Shown: positions 24,055 through 36,393 of the stretch, piece by piece | Layout of the letters: every line of letters begins with the position of its first letter | Position numbering within the stretch: the stretch's first letter is position 1 | NCBI GenBank assembly: GCA_038087875.1 | Contig: JAXLNO010000645.1 | Span: 248,001 to 312,000, forward strand | Origin: Malacoraja senta | Taxonomy: Eukaryota | Direction: 5' to 3' | DNA: 64,000 bases | Translations under genes and position numbers: made by a program | The notes under the pieces: generated by a model | Database searches by the model: none | Seen by the model: the letters and a program-made list of their open reading frames with translations, nothing else | What the model was told of the DNA's origin: nothing

Positions 24055-24710
24055 TGCCAGCGGCGCAGCAGCCTCTGCCCTCGCTTTCCCTCCTCCCGCA
24101 TGACGGAGCCGAGCCGCCCGGAGCCGAGCCGCCCGGAGCCGCCCACCGGGGCTGAGAGACCGCGGCTGCCGTTGTTGTTGTTGTTGTTGTTGTTGTTGCC
24201 CCGCCCGCCCGCGGCCCAACACGTCCTTCCGCTCCTTCCTCCCTCACTCACTCACTGGCGCCGCCGCCGATGTCGACGATCCCCGGCCGCTGCTGCCCGT
24301 CCGTCCGTCCGTCCGCTCGGCCCAGCATCGGGGTGGAGGAGCCTCGGCCGCTCGTCAGCCGGCACTCGGTCGGTCAATGCCGCCACAGGTCGATTCCCCG
24401 GCAGTTTCCAGTCTCCGCCGGGGGAGGGGGAGGGAGGAAGGGCGCGGCCCCGGCGCCGGTGGGTGGGTGGAGCCGGTCCCAACCTGCAGCGGTGGGTGGG
24501 TGGGGTTGTGGGGCGAGGCCCGTCTATGCCTCCGCCCGCCCGCCGACAAAATGGCCGCCACGGCCTCCTGTCACATGGCAGGCGATGGACTACAAAAATG
24601 GCCGCCGTATGACCGCACGACGACTACAAAAATGGCCGCCGCCGCAGCGTATACGAAAATGGCCGCCAAAGCGACTACAAAAATGGCCGCCAGAGAGCTA
24701 CAAAAATGGT
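24055..24710. promoter_or_regulatory. CpG island / probable promoter with a clustered YY1-type motif array
   Basis: Very GC- and CpG-rich; five exact AAAATGGCCGCC at 24548, 24595, 24629, 24656 and 24680; minus-strand donor CA|GTGAGT near 24254; (TTG)n at ~24170-24198. Confidence 0.65.
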
Positions 24711-24787
24711 GTATGTTTTAGTTGCAGTTGATTGAAGACGGAAATATGAAATTTTATTTTTTGATATTTACATTTGATTAATACAAG

Positions 24788-26110
24788 ATGACGTTACGGG
24801 TCGAGACCCTTCTTCAGACTGATGTGGGGGTGGGAGCCCGGAGGAAGAAAGGAAGAGGCAGAGACAGTAGGCTGTGGGAGAGACTGGAAGGGGAGAGGAA
24901 GGAGGGAGAAAGCAAGGACTACCTGAAATTGGAGAAGTCAATGTTCATACCGCTGGGGTGTAAACTGCCCAAGCGAAATATGAGGTGTTGCTCCTCCAAT
25001 TTACGGTGAGACTCACTCTGGCCATGGAGGAGGCCCAGTACAGAAAGGTCGGATTCGGAATGGGAGGGGGAGTTGAAGTGCTGAGCCACCGGAACAGAGC
25101 GGAGGTTTTGGGCAAAGCGATCGCCAAGCCTGCGCTTGGTCTCACCGATGTAGAGCAGTTGACACTTAGAACAGCGGATGCAATAGCTGAGGTTGGAGGA
25201 GGTGCAGGTGAACCTCTGCCTCACCTGGAAAGACTGCTTGCGTCCTTGGAGTCATGGGGGGGGGGTAAAATGACCAGTGTAGCATTTCCTGCGGCTGCAA
25301 GGGAAAGTGCCAGGGGAGGGGGTGGTTTGGGTGGGAAGGGACAAATTAACCAGGGAGTTATGGAGGGAGCGGTCTCTGCGGAAAGCCGAAAGGGGAGGAG
25401 ATGGGAAGATGTGGCAAGTGGTGGGATCCCGTTGGAGGTGGCGAAAATGTCGGAGGGTTATCTGTTGTATCTGATGGCTTGTGGGATGGAAGGTGAGGAC
25501 AAGGGGGACTCTGTCCTTGTTACGGGTGGGGGGATGGGGAGTGAGAGCTGAGCTACGGGATAGAGGGGAGACCCTGGTGAGAGCCTCATCTATAATCGAA
25601 GAAGGGAACCCCCGTTTCCTAAAGAATGAGGTTTGGAACACCTCATCCTGGGTGCAGATGCGGCATAGAGGAATTTGGGAGTAGGGGATAGTGTCCTTAC
25701 AGGAAGCAGGGTGGGAAGAAGTGTAGTCCAGATAGCTGAAATGGATGAAGTCAGTGAGTTGTGCATGGGTGCAGGAGGTAGCACCAATGCAGTCTTCGAT
25801 GTAGCGGAGGTAGAGTTCGGCGATAGGGCCCTGGTACGTCTCGAACAGGGATTGTTCGACGTACCCTACAAAGAGGCAGGCATAGCTGTGGCCCATGCGC
25901 GTGCCCATAGCTTTGCCTTGGATTTGGAGGAAATGGGAGAAGTTAAAGGAAAAGTTATTGAGGGTAAGGACCAGCTCCGCTAGGCGGAGGAGAGTATCAG
26001 TAGACGGGGATTGGTTGGTTTTGTGGTCGAGGAAGAAACAGAGGGCTTGAAAACCCTCCTGGTGTGGGATGGAGGTGTAGAGTGACTGGACATCCATGGT
26101 CAATGGGGGC
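24788..26110 (-). mobile_element. Penelope-like element (RT + GIY-YIG endonuclease + 3' terminal repeat), degenerate
   Basis: TMDVQSLYTSIPH, QIQGKAMGTRMG.SYACLF, YLRYIED (RT); TCTSSNLSYCIRCSKCQLLYIGETKRRLGDRF..HFNSPSH (GIY-YIG). May extend to ~26700 through a degenerate 27-bp repeat. Confidence 0.92.
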
Positions 26111-27097
26111 TGGAAAACGGAAGTCATGGAGGAGACTAGGGTAAAGCGACAGCTGTGAGCTGCTGGAGGGCAGTGGAGTGGCGAGGGTCAGTAGAGTCAA
26201 TGGTGGAGGCCCACGGGGAGTGGAGTCTGGGTCAGCGGGCAAAGCGTCGGAAGTAGCGGTCAGCGGATGGCCGGTGAGGCGGCGATAGACGGAAGTACCG
26301 GTGAGGCGGCGAGGGTCGGAGGTACCGGTGAGGCAGTGAGAGTCGGCGTTATCGGTGAGGCGGCGATAGTTGGCGGTCCCAGTGAGTTAACGAGGATCGT
26401 CCACATCGGTGAGTGGGTGAAGGTCGGCGGCAGCGGCCACGTGAAGGTCGGCGACAGCGGCGTCTTCGATGATCCCGGCCTGAGGTCGGTCAGGGTGGCG
26501 GTGAGTGCTGGTGCTGCTCCTCGTGGCAAAGATTGCTTCGCGGGACTGGGCCTGGTGGTGTTGGGGGCAGGCGGCGCGGGCCAGTGTTGGGGCCCGGGGC
26601 CTGCAGGCGGTCGACAAGTAGGAAGCGTGGAGGTTGGGAGGTGAAACTAGGGCAAGACTTGCACAGTAGATTGCAGGGTCCTGGAGATTGTGACAGAAGT
26701 GAAACTTCCCCGACCTCAGTACAGAAAGTATGTGCGATCGCCAAGCCCTGTACATTTCAGTGGGGTGGGGCGGTTTGCAGGCAGCTTTACTCTCTCCACA
26801 GTTACTGCCTGACCTTCTGGGCTTTTCCGGATGTGCACAGCCCACAGACGGGGCAGCTGTGGTTGGGTTGTTCAATGGACAGCGAAATGAAACAGATGCT
26901 GCCCAGCTCTGCACGCACAGACTGTGAACAAACTGCCCTCGGCTTCACGTTCAATCTGCAGAGTCGGTATTTATTGCACGGACACTTTCTTTTCAGCATC
27001 ACATGTAATCAATGAACTGATCATTAATTTAACCCAGCGGGCAATTCAAAGCACAAGGCATTGGGCAGAGAGCGAGGGATCGGAAACACAGCGTCAA

Positions 27098-27210
27098 ACT
27101 CACGACTAAACTCCACCTCACGACTAAACTCCACCTCACGACTAAACTCCACCTCACGACTAAACTCCACCTCACGACTAAACTCCACCTCACGACTAAA
27201 CTCCACCTCA
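27098..27210. repeat. 18-bp tandem repeat x6 (CTCACGACTAAACTCCAC)
   Basis: Directly visible near-perfect copies. Confidence 0.95.
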
Positions 27211-27749
27211 CACCTAATCCCTGCCTCCACTACTCGCAGCCTCTCTGCCGCTCCCGCTATTTATAGCCCCTCCCCCGGCTGTTGGCGGCTGGAAAAGGCG
27301 CCAAAAGCCATCGCGAGTCTCCCGTCTCCACCCATCCTCGCTTTCCCGCTGCAGCGGAGTAGGTTCCTGCATTGAAGCCCCTCGTGCAGTGGAGCATCTC
27401 CTGCAGTGGAGCATCTCCTGCAGCTGCAGGGAAAGTTGAAGCCTCCACCATCTCCTCAGGCAGCGTGTCCCAGATTGCAACCACCCTCTGGGTGAGTTTA
27501 ATCTCATCCACGGCCGTTTTATTGTTCTGTTAGTATAGTCTGGTCTGCAGTTCCTTGTTCCATCATCTTATTCTAATTGCTAACTCCAAATACTACGTTT
27601 CCTCATCTGTTCTTGCCCCATCAGAGATATTATCCCCTTTGTTCCACCAATCCACCACAACCCCTCTCTACAACTGAAAAACTTGTTTTTGTTGCTGTTT
27701 CCTACTCTGGTGAAGGGTCTCTGATCTGAAACTGAACTGTTTCTTTCTC

Positions 27750-27949
27750 NNNNNNNNNNNNNNNNNNNNNNNNNNNNNNNNNNNNNNNNNNNNNNNNNNN
27801 NNNNNNNNNNNNNNNNNNNNNNNNNNNNNNNNNNNNNNNNNNNNNNNNNNNNNNNNNNNNNNNNNNNNNNNNNNNNNNNNNNNNNNNNNNNNNNNNNNNN
27901 NNNNNNNNNNNNNNNNNNNNNNNNNNNNNNNNNNNNNNNNNNNNNNNNN
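27750..27949. other. Assembly gap (200 N)
   Basis: A round-number run of N, typical of a scaffolding placeholder. Confidence 0.99.
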
Positions 27950-28209
27950 CGTGCGATAATGTGCTCGGACGAAGTGCGTAGTTACCAGTCGGAATTATAC
28001 TCAACGAAGCATTCACGTATTATTTCTGCTTCAAATAAAGTCACAAACTAAACATATTCACCAATCAAGACATGATATATACCACAATGACATGCGGCAA
28101 AATTACAATACAGTATCTCATCTCTTTTAACACGTTGCAATGAATGCAATTTCTATTATCTCTTTCCACTTCCAAACAAAAATATGGTTATTCAGCGTAT
28201 GATCAACCT

Positions 28210-28656
28210 CGGTGAGACCAAGCGCAGGCTTGGCGATCGCTTCGCACAACACCTCCACTCAGCTCGCAATCACCAACCTGATCCCTCGGTGGCTCAGCAC
28301 TTCAACTCCCCCTCCCATTCCGAATCCGACCTTTCTGTCCTGGGCCTCCTCCATGGCCAGAGTGAGGCCCACCGCAAATTGGAGGAACCGCACCTCATAT
28401 TTTGCTTGGGTAGTTTACACCCCAGCGGTATGAACATTGGCATCTCCAATTTCAGGTAGTCCTTTTCTTTCTCCCTCCTTCCCCTCCCATTCCCAGCTCT
28501 CCCACAGCCTACTGTCTCCACCGCTTCCTTTCTTTTTCCCGCCCCCCACCCCTCCCGACATCAGTCTGAAGAAGGGTCTCGACCCGAAACGTCGCCTATT
28601 TCCTTGGCTCCATAGATGCTGCCTCACCTGCTGAGTTTCTCCAGCATTTTTGTCTA
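28210..28656 (+). mobile_element. Penelope-like 3' fragment (GIY-YIG tail + terminal repeat)
   Basis: GETKRRLGDRFAQH..HFNSPSHSESDLSVLGL..GMNI; homologous to 24788-25150. Confidence 0.9.
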
Positions 28657-31570
28657 CCCATTTTCACAAGTTCTGTTATCCCACTTTCCTCACCCACTCC
28701 CTGCACATTAGGGGCAATTTTACAGAGAAAAGTTAACCTACAAAGCCAATGCGTCTTTGGGATGTGGGAGGAAACCCACACGCTTCCAGGGAGAATGTGC
28801 AAATTCAACACAGACAGTGCCGAGAACAGGATTGAACACAGATCTCTGGCGTGTGAGGCAGCAAGTCTACCAGCTGTGCCACTATATTTTATTTTCCAAC
28901 ACACAAAAAATTATACGTTGATAACTTTGGTTACTGAAAAAAAAGAAACTATCCATTTTCAGTCTTAAATCTCTAAGTTACGCTATGTCCCCCTTTACAG
29001 CTACTGTATGTTTTAATTCAGTTCAAGACTATTGGGGCAGTACATTGGCCATAAATGTGCTGCCTAATATTGCCAGAGACCCGGAATTGATCCTGAATAT
29101 CGGTGCTGTTTGTATGGAGTTTTGTTTTCTCGTTTATAACATTGTTTACAGAGTACTATGTTTACATATTCTGTTGTGCTGCAAGTAAGGATTTCACACA
29201 GAGAGTGGTGAATCTCTGGAATTCTCTGCCACAGAAGGTAGTTGAGGCCAGTTCATTGGCTATATTTAAGAGGGAGTTAGATGTGGCCCTTGTGGCTAAA
29301 GGGATCAGGGGGTATGGAGAGAAGGCAGGTACAGGATACTGAGTTGGATGATCATATTGAATGGCGGTGCAGGCTCGAAGGGCCGAATGGCCTCCTCCTG
29401 CACCTATTTTCTATGTTTCTATGTTCATTGTTCTAACTGGGACGTGAGAGAATAAAACACTCATGACTTACGTCGCTGATGTGTGGGATAGAACTAGAGT
29501 ACGGGTGATCGGTGGTCGGCGTGGACTCGGTGGGCCGAAGGGCCTGTTTCCACGCTGTATCTTTAAATTAAACTAAAAACACTAAAACCAGAGGAAATGT
29601 AAAGAAGGGGTTCTACCCGAAACGTCACCCAATTTTTTCTATCCAGAGATGCTGGCTGCTCCATGGAGTTCCCCCGCACAATTAAAGCATGGAATAGTCT
29701 TCACCCTACCATAGGCACCAACCAGATGCAACTAAATTTAAGGTAGCTTTTTTGCTTAAGTCCAAGTCAAGAGTCAAGAGAGTTTTATTGTCATGTGTCC
29801 CAGATAGGGCAATGAAATTCTTGCTTGCTGCAGCACAACAGAATATGTAAACATAATACAGAACAGGAGATAAAAGTTCAGTTTGTCTATATACTATAGA
29901 CCATATATATATACAATAAATAAACAGATAAAATGCAATAGGCTGTTATGTTTCAGAGTTTGGTGGTGGTGGGTCCACCAGTTTAAATTCCATTTCGTAT
30001 ATTTTTGGAGGACCAGGAAACCAAGAAGCAAGAGTTACTCCAGGGAGTTACTGCAGCTCCAGGGAGTGATTCTGCGTTGTTTTTCAGCGGTCGCGGTGAG
30101 GCAGCGACCGGACAGCAATGGCGGCCAGAACTCCCACAATGCAAAATGAAGGGAGAAAGTGGCCGACGCCGACCAGTTGCCGTAGCAGTGCGCATGTGCA
30201 GGGCCGCACTTGCGCACAACCACGGCCGATGATGTGCTCGGCGGCCGGCCGGCCGTGCCGAGTGGAGACCCGAGAGCCGAGCTGAGAGCTAGCGCCGAGC
30301 GGAGAGCCTAGCGCCGAGCCGAGAGCCGAGCGCCGAGCCGAGAGCTGGCGGAGAGCCGAGGCCCGGACACGGATGGCGGGCGGGTGTCCCGGTTGCTTGC
30401 CAAGCCGGGCAAAATGGCATGGCTTTTAGGTTGCCCGGCAGGACTGTAAGTTGCCATTGGCACCCAGGCAACCGCTAATTTCGAGCCCTGCTTTATTATC
30501 GTTACTTTTTTGCATTTATATAATTCATTTGTTCTATATCTCTCTCCATCACTGTCTATATCTCTCGTTTCCCTTTCCCCTGAATCTCAGTCTGGCGATG
30601 AGTCTCGACCCGAAACATCACCCATTCATTTCTCCAGAGATGCTGTCTGTCCCGCTGAGTTATTCCAGCTTTTTGTGTCTGTTTTCGGTTTAAACCAGCA
30701 TCTGCAGTTCCTTCCTACATACAACATGTGTTAATTGGGTGTACGGTGAGATTGTGCTGAAACTGTGATGTTTAAAACTTGCAGACTGTGGAAGTCGCAG
30801 CACCAGTTGTGACTGTGAGGCGTGGTGTTGTGTTGGAAACGCACAGATGGCCTGGGACGTTCATTAGATGCATCAAGCAGTTGCTATGGAGACGGTGCAG
30901 GACGTTCCCCCCGGTTACGGCAGGGTTCCCTTCCTGGGAACCGTTCCCAAGTGGAACATGTGTCCGTGAACAGAGTTCCCACACGGCAGAAGATGCCTGC
31001 AGCCCCGTAGCAGCCGGTAAATCCATCCCACCGTCTCCCAGACACTCGCTCATGTGTACGGGCTGTACTTTAGTGTGTCCGTAAGCTGGGGACGATCAAC
31101 ACATCAAACAAGTTAACTCGGGGCTGGACAACGATTAAAGATAAATACGGAACAAAGAAATAGTGACAGAAAATGCTCAAAATACTCAGCCGGTCGGGCA
31201 GCATCTTGTGGATAAAGAAACAGTTTATGTTTCACGGTCCTGTAGAAACAGGCCCTTCGGCCCAACTTGTCCATGCTGACCAAGATGCCTCCTCTAAGCT
31301 GGTCCTATTTGCCCACGTTTGGCCCATAGCGCTCTGACCTGTCTTCCCCATGTTGAAACACCTTCTGAAAAATATCTTCTCAGATCAATGACCGTTCATC
31401 AGAACTGGATGCAGTCACATAATGTGGCCAGTTCTGATACAAACTGGAAAGGCTGGTTATCTGAAATTGCCAATATTAATGATGACTTCAAGGGCTGCAC
31501 CACACCGAAACGTGACGCTGTTTCGCAAGATTTTGTCGGCTTCGTTGGAACAATTGGAACGGCTTCATTT

Positions 31571-31851
31571 GGGGCGGCATGGTGGCGCAGCGGCAGAGTT
31601 GCCGCCTTATAGCACCAGAGACCCGGGTTCGATCCTGACTATGGGTGCTGTCTATATGGAGTTTGTACGTTCTCCCCGTGACCTGAGTGGGTTTACGCCG
31701 AGATCTTTGGTTTCTTCGCACACTCCAAAGACATACAGGTTTATAGGTTAATTGGCTTGGTATAATTGTAATTTGTCCCTAGTAGGATAGTGTTAATATG
31801 TGGGGATCGCTGGTCAGTGCAGACTCGATGGGCTCTCTAAACTAAACTAAA
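31571..31851 (+). mobile_element. tRNA-derived V-SINE (HE1-like)
   Basis: GGTGGCGCAGCGG A box, GGTTCGATCC B box, conserved core, (CTAAA)n tail. Confidence 0.85.
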
Positions 31852-32364
31852 CAATGTAGGTGGACTAATAATAAAACATGCAATATCCTGGCAAATCTGC
31901 CATAGAAACATGGAAACATAGAAAATAGGTGCAAGAGGAGGCCATTTGGCCCATCGAGCCAGCCCCGCAATTCATTGTGATCATGGCTGATCGTCCCCAA
32001 TCCTTCTCCCCATATCCCTTGATTTCACTAGCCCCTCGTGCTCTATCTAATTCTCTCTTGAATCCATCCAGTGATTTGGCCTCCACTGCCCTCTGTGGGA
32101 GGGAATTCCACAAATTCACAACTCTGGGTGAAAAAGTTTTTTCTCAACTCAGTCTTAAATGGCCTCCCCTTTATTCTAAAACTGGCCCCTGGTTCTGGAC
32201 TCGCCCAACATTGGGAATTTTTTTCCTGCATCTAGCTTGCCCAGTCCTTTTATAATTTTATGTTTCGAGAAAATAAAATTATAAAAGGACTGGACAAGCT
32301 CGATGCCATCCAGCACCAAACTCCCAAGTGTACCAGATTTGTGAGTTATAATGAACTCTGAGAA

Positions 32365-33130
32365 CCAGTGTGGATCCGCTGGTGTTTCTGGATGGCCCCT
32401 CATTATGTGAAGCTCTTCCCACAGTCAGAACATTTTTACGACCTCTCTCCGGTGTGGGTCTGCTGATGTTGGTGGAGGGTCCCTGCCCGTGTGGAACTCT
32501 TCCCACATTCTGCACATTCATGATAACTGTGAAACTCTTCCAACAGCCTCTATCCCATGTGGGTCTTCTTCTTATCGAGTCCACACACAAGATTAGAAGT
32601 TGTTCAGCCACTATCCCCTGTGGGTCCTCTGTTGTCGATGGAGGGAGCTGGACTATGAAACTCTTCTTCCAGACTGTGCTTTTGTACGGCCTCTCTCCGG
32701 TGAGGATCCGCTGGTGTAGGTGGAGGGTCCCTGCTCGTGTGAAACTCTTCCCACAGTGTGAACATTTACACGGCCTCTCTCCGTGGGTCCGCTGATGTCA
32801 GTGGAGGTGATCTATCGATGTTAAACTCTTCGTACAATCTGAACATTTACATTTATTCTGCCTCTCTCCGATGTGGATCTGCCGCTGTTACTGGAGGGTC
32901 CCTGCTCATGTGAAGCTCTTCCCACAGTGTGAACATTTACACGGCCTCTCACCAGTGTGGATCCACTCGAGGTCCCTGCTCAGTGAAACACTGCCCACGG
33001 TCTGCATTTATACGGTGCCTCTCCTGTGTGGATCCACTGCTGTCACTGGAGGTCCCTGCTCAGTGAAACATTGCTCAGTCTGTGCGTTTATGTGGCCAGT
33101 GTGGATCCGCTGGTGTTTCTGGAGAACCCC
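32365..33130 (-). pseudogene. Degenerate C2H2 zinc-finger array
   Basis: Repeated [19 protein letters not shown] units at ~84-bp spacing with many frameshifts, stops and lost Cys/His residues. Confidence 0.85.
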
Positions 33131-33173
33131 TGAGTCTGAAGGGCTGAATGGCCTCCTGCACCTATTGTCTATT

Positions 33174-33372
33174 GACGGGCAGGGGAAGGGACGCTCACGG
33201 CCGGTGCTGCCACAGGCTGGACATGTGGGTGAAACCCTTGCCACACTCAGCACACACAAAGGGTCACTCTCGGTGTGTATCTGCTGGTGCTCCCACAGTC
33301 CCCGTGCGCTCTTGAAACGCGTGCTGCAGTGGGAGCAGGTGAAGGGGCGCTCGCCGGTGTGGGTGCGCAGTC
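33174..33372 (-). pseudogene. C2H2 zinc-finger fragment, paralogous to 35740-35915
   Basis: [46 protein letters not shown]; clear nucleotide similarity to the 35.7-35.9 kb array. Confidence 0.8.
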
Positions 33373-34104
33373 TCTCTCTCTCTCTCTCTCTCTCTCACAC
33401 TCACACGCTCTCTCTCTGCCCACAGCACCCGTTCTTGATCTTAAACCATGTATTGTGCTTTTGTATATAATTTATTGTGCTTTTGTATATAATTTATTGT
33501 GGGGAGGTGAGCTCAAGCCTCAATCCCAGCTCAGCTTATTTCATGGAAAAAACATTTATTTCATTGAATAGACATTTATTTCATTGAAAAGACATTTATT
33601 TCATTGGAATACAACTTGGCTCCAGCGGGTTAACGAGCCAAAGTCCTTGTTTACCGCAGCCAGAGTCCTGCGGACGTCCACGGGCGGAGAGCGAGATCCC
33701 ACCGTTCGGAGTTGAGGGGGAATGGTCGGTGGACGGGAAGCGGTGACTCCGGATTAATCCTGACGCCTTTCGACAGCGAGAAGACAGCGGAATGACGAAG
33801 ATATGGGCCACGAGGGGGGGGGAGGGGGGCTGTCGATGACTGATCAGCTCGGACCTTGCATCCCATCCAAAGAATGGAACCGCAGTCTCGACAGGGCCAA
33901 GGAGGGCTTACATTAGGAACACCTCCAGCTGTTTCCCAGCACGGATGGCTGACCTGCTGAGTTCTACCGGCACTTTGGAGGGGAATGGACAGGCGACGAG
34001 TCAGGTCTGGATCCTTCTTTGGGCTTATGAGAGTCGGGGGAGAAAGGTGGAAACAAAGAGCTGGGGTCGGGACAGACTCTAGGACCTGATTAGGGGGAGG
34101 GGTC

Positions 34105-34320
34105 TCCTTAATTTGGAGAATTCAATGTTCATGTTATTGGGCCTTAAGCTGTGAGGTGCTCTTCCTCCAGTTTGCGTGTCACCTCACTCTGGCAATGGAG
34201 GAGGCCCAGGACAGAAAGATCAGTGTGGGAGTGGGAAGGGGAGGTAAAATGGTCGGCAACCGGGAGATCCAGCAGGCGTTGGCGGACCGAGCGCAAGTGT
34301 AGGGTGAAATGTACGCCTGG
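34105..34320 (-). mobile_element. Penelope-like GIY-YIG tail fragment
   Basis: HLRSVR..DLPVADHFTSPSHSHTDLSVLGLLHCQSE..RKLEEEHL. Confidence 0.85.
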
Positions 34321-35284
34321 TCTAGATACAAGGAACAGCAGGTGCTGGTTTACAAAAAGAGACACAATCTCCTGGAGTAACTTGCACCTCTGGAGAGCAT
34401 GGACAGGCAACATTCTAGGTCAGGACCCTTCTTCAGACTGCTTGGTGTGGGGGGTGGAGAAAGTTGGAAAGGAGAGGTGGGAGTGGTCGCCTTAGATTCC
34501 CTTCCCTCTACAGATGCGGCCTGACCCACTGAGTTCCTCCATCGTTTTAGAGGGAATGGACAGATGACGTTATGAGTCTGAACCCTTCTTCAGACTGATT
34601 GTAGAGGGTGGGGGGAGAAATCAGGAAAAGAGAGATGGGGGCTGGACAAAGCCTGGCAAGTGATAGGTGGACACAAAATACTGGAGTAACTCAGCGGGAC
34701 ATGCAGCTTCTCTAGAGAGAAGGAATGGGTGATGTTTCAGGTTGAGACCCTTCTTCAGAAGGGATAGGTGGAAATAGGTGAGGGAGACACAAGAAACTGC
34801 AGTTGCTGGAATCTTTTATCGAACACAATTTAGTTAGATGCACAGTGTTCAAGAAGGAACTGCAGATGCTGGAAAATCGAAGGTAGACAAAAGTGCTGGA
34901 GAAACTCAGCAGGTGCGGCAGCATCTATGGAGTGAAGGAACTAGGCAATAGTTCGATGCACAGAATCTCTTGCCCAGAGTGTGGGAATCGAGGAACAGGG
35001 GACATGGGTTCAAGATGAAGGGGAAAAGATTTAATAGGAATCTGAGAGGTAACTTTTTCACACAAAGGGTGGTGGGTGTATGGAACAAGCAGCCAGATGA
35101 GGTAGTTGAGGCTGGGACTATCCCAACCTTTAAGAAACAGTTAGACAGGTCTATGGATAGTAAAAGTTTGGAGGGATATGGACCAAACGCAGGCATGTTA
35201 TACTAGTGTAGCTGGGACATGTTGGTAGGTGTGGGCCAGTTGGGCCGAAGGGCGTGTATCCACACTGTATGACTCTAACACGAA

Positions 35285-35500
35285 GTGCTGGAGTAACTCA
35301 ATGGGTCAGGCAGCATCTGTGGTGAACATGGATAGGTGACGTTTCACAGAGTGCTGGAGTAACTCAGCGGGTCAGGCAGCATCTGTGGTGAACATGGATA
35401 GGTGACGTTTCACAGAGTGCTGGAGTAACTCAGCGGGTCAGGCAGCATCTGTGGTGAACATGGATTGGTGACATTTTGGGTCGGGACCCTTCTTCAAACT
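35285..35500. repeat. 66-bp tandem repeat x3 derived from the Penelope-related terminal repeat; similar ~60-bp arrays at 42720-42980 and 49505-49670
   Basis: GTGCTGGAGTAACTCAGCGGGTCAGGCAGCATC units at 35285, 35351 and 35417. Confidence 0.85.
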
Positions 35501-35654
35501 GACACGATGTTAACAGATGAGGGGGGTGATCGGCAGGTGAGTGGAGTAAGGGACAGAGGCGAGAGAAAATAAGGAGATAAAATGGTGTGAGATAAGGAGA
35601 GAGGAGTGTATATGTGTGGCTTTAAGGGACATTGGGCAGGTAGCATTTGGAGTA

Positions 35655-36212
35655 TTATATACAGGTGAAGTGGCGCTGGCCGGTGTGGACTCGTCGGTGC
35701 TCCAGCAGGTGGTGAAGGCGGGTGAAGCCCTTACCACAGGACGGGCAGGGGAAGGGACGCTCACCACTGTGGGCATGCCGGTGCTGCAACAGGCTGGACA
35801 TGCGGGTGAAACCCTTGCCACACTCAGCGCATTCAAACGGTATCTCTCTGTTGTGTATCCGCTGGTGCTCCCGCAGCCCCCGTGTGCTCTTGAAACGCTT
35901 GCCGCAGTGGGAGCAGCCGCTCGCCGGCGTGAGTCCGCTGGTGCTGCCGCAACCCTCATGAGCTGTCAAACGACTCACCGTAGTACGGGCTGGCCACTGG
36001 TGTGTACGCGCTGGTGAGACAGGACATGGGAGGCCATGGCAAAGCGCTCTCCACACACCTGGCTGGGCAAGGGACGGTTGCTGTCGTGCACCTGCTGGTG
36101 GAACAGCAGGTTGGTGGAGCGGGTGAAGCCCTTGCTGCACTGGGCACAGGTGAAGGGGCGCTCACCGATGTGGGTGTGCTGGTGCTTCAGTGGGCTGCTG
36201 GACTGCGTGAGG
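35655..36212 (-). pseudogene. C2H2 zinc-finger array (~7 fingers), frameshifted
   Basis: [102 protein letters not shown]; internal deletions and a TGA at ~35957. Confidence 0.9.
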
Positions 36213-36393
36213 TGGGGAAGGGGGATGAGGACGGTGGAAGTGAGGGGAAGGGAGAGGGGAGAGCGGGGGGGGGGGGGCGGAGAGGGAGTTGAGTGAGGGG
36301 GGAGGGGGAGAAGGGATGGGGTGAAGGGGGAGGGGGAGAAGGGAGGGGGTGAGGAAGCAAGTGGGAGAAGGGGGGGCTGCACGACCAGCGTGC

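Noticed and set aside
24100..24612. ORF with a signal-peptide-like poly-Leu (poly-Gln on the other strand)
   Set aside because: The run comes from a (TTG)n microsatellite in a GC-rich island where all frames stay open; no recognisable domain.
30880..30893. RFX X-box-like GTTGCTATGGAGAC
   Set aside because: A single motif with no associated gene or supporting context.
32365..36212. Zinc-finger arrays as the DNA-binding array of the PRDM9-like exon
   Set aside because: On the minus strand they lie upstream of the PR/SET exon (wrong order), across an assembly gap, and lack PRDM9's near-identical finger repeats.
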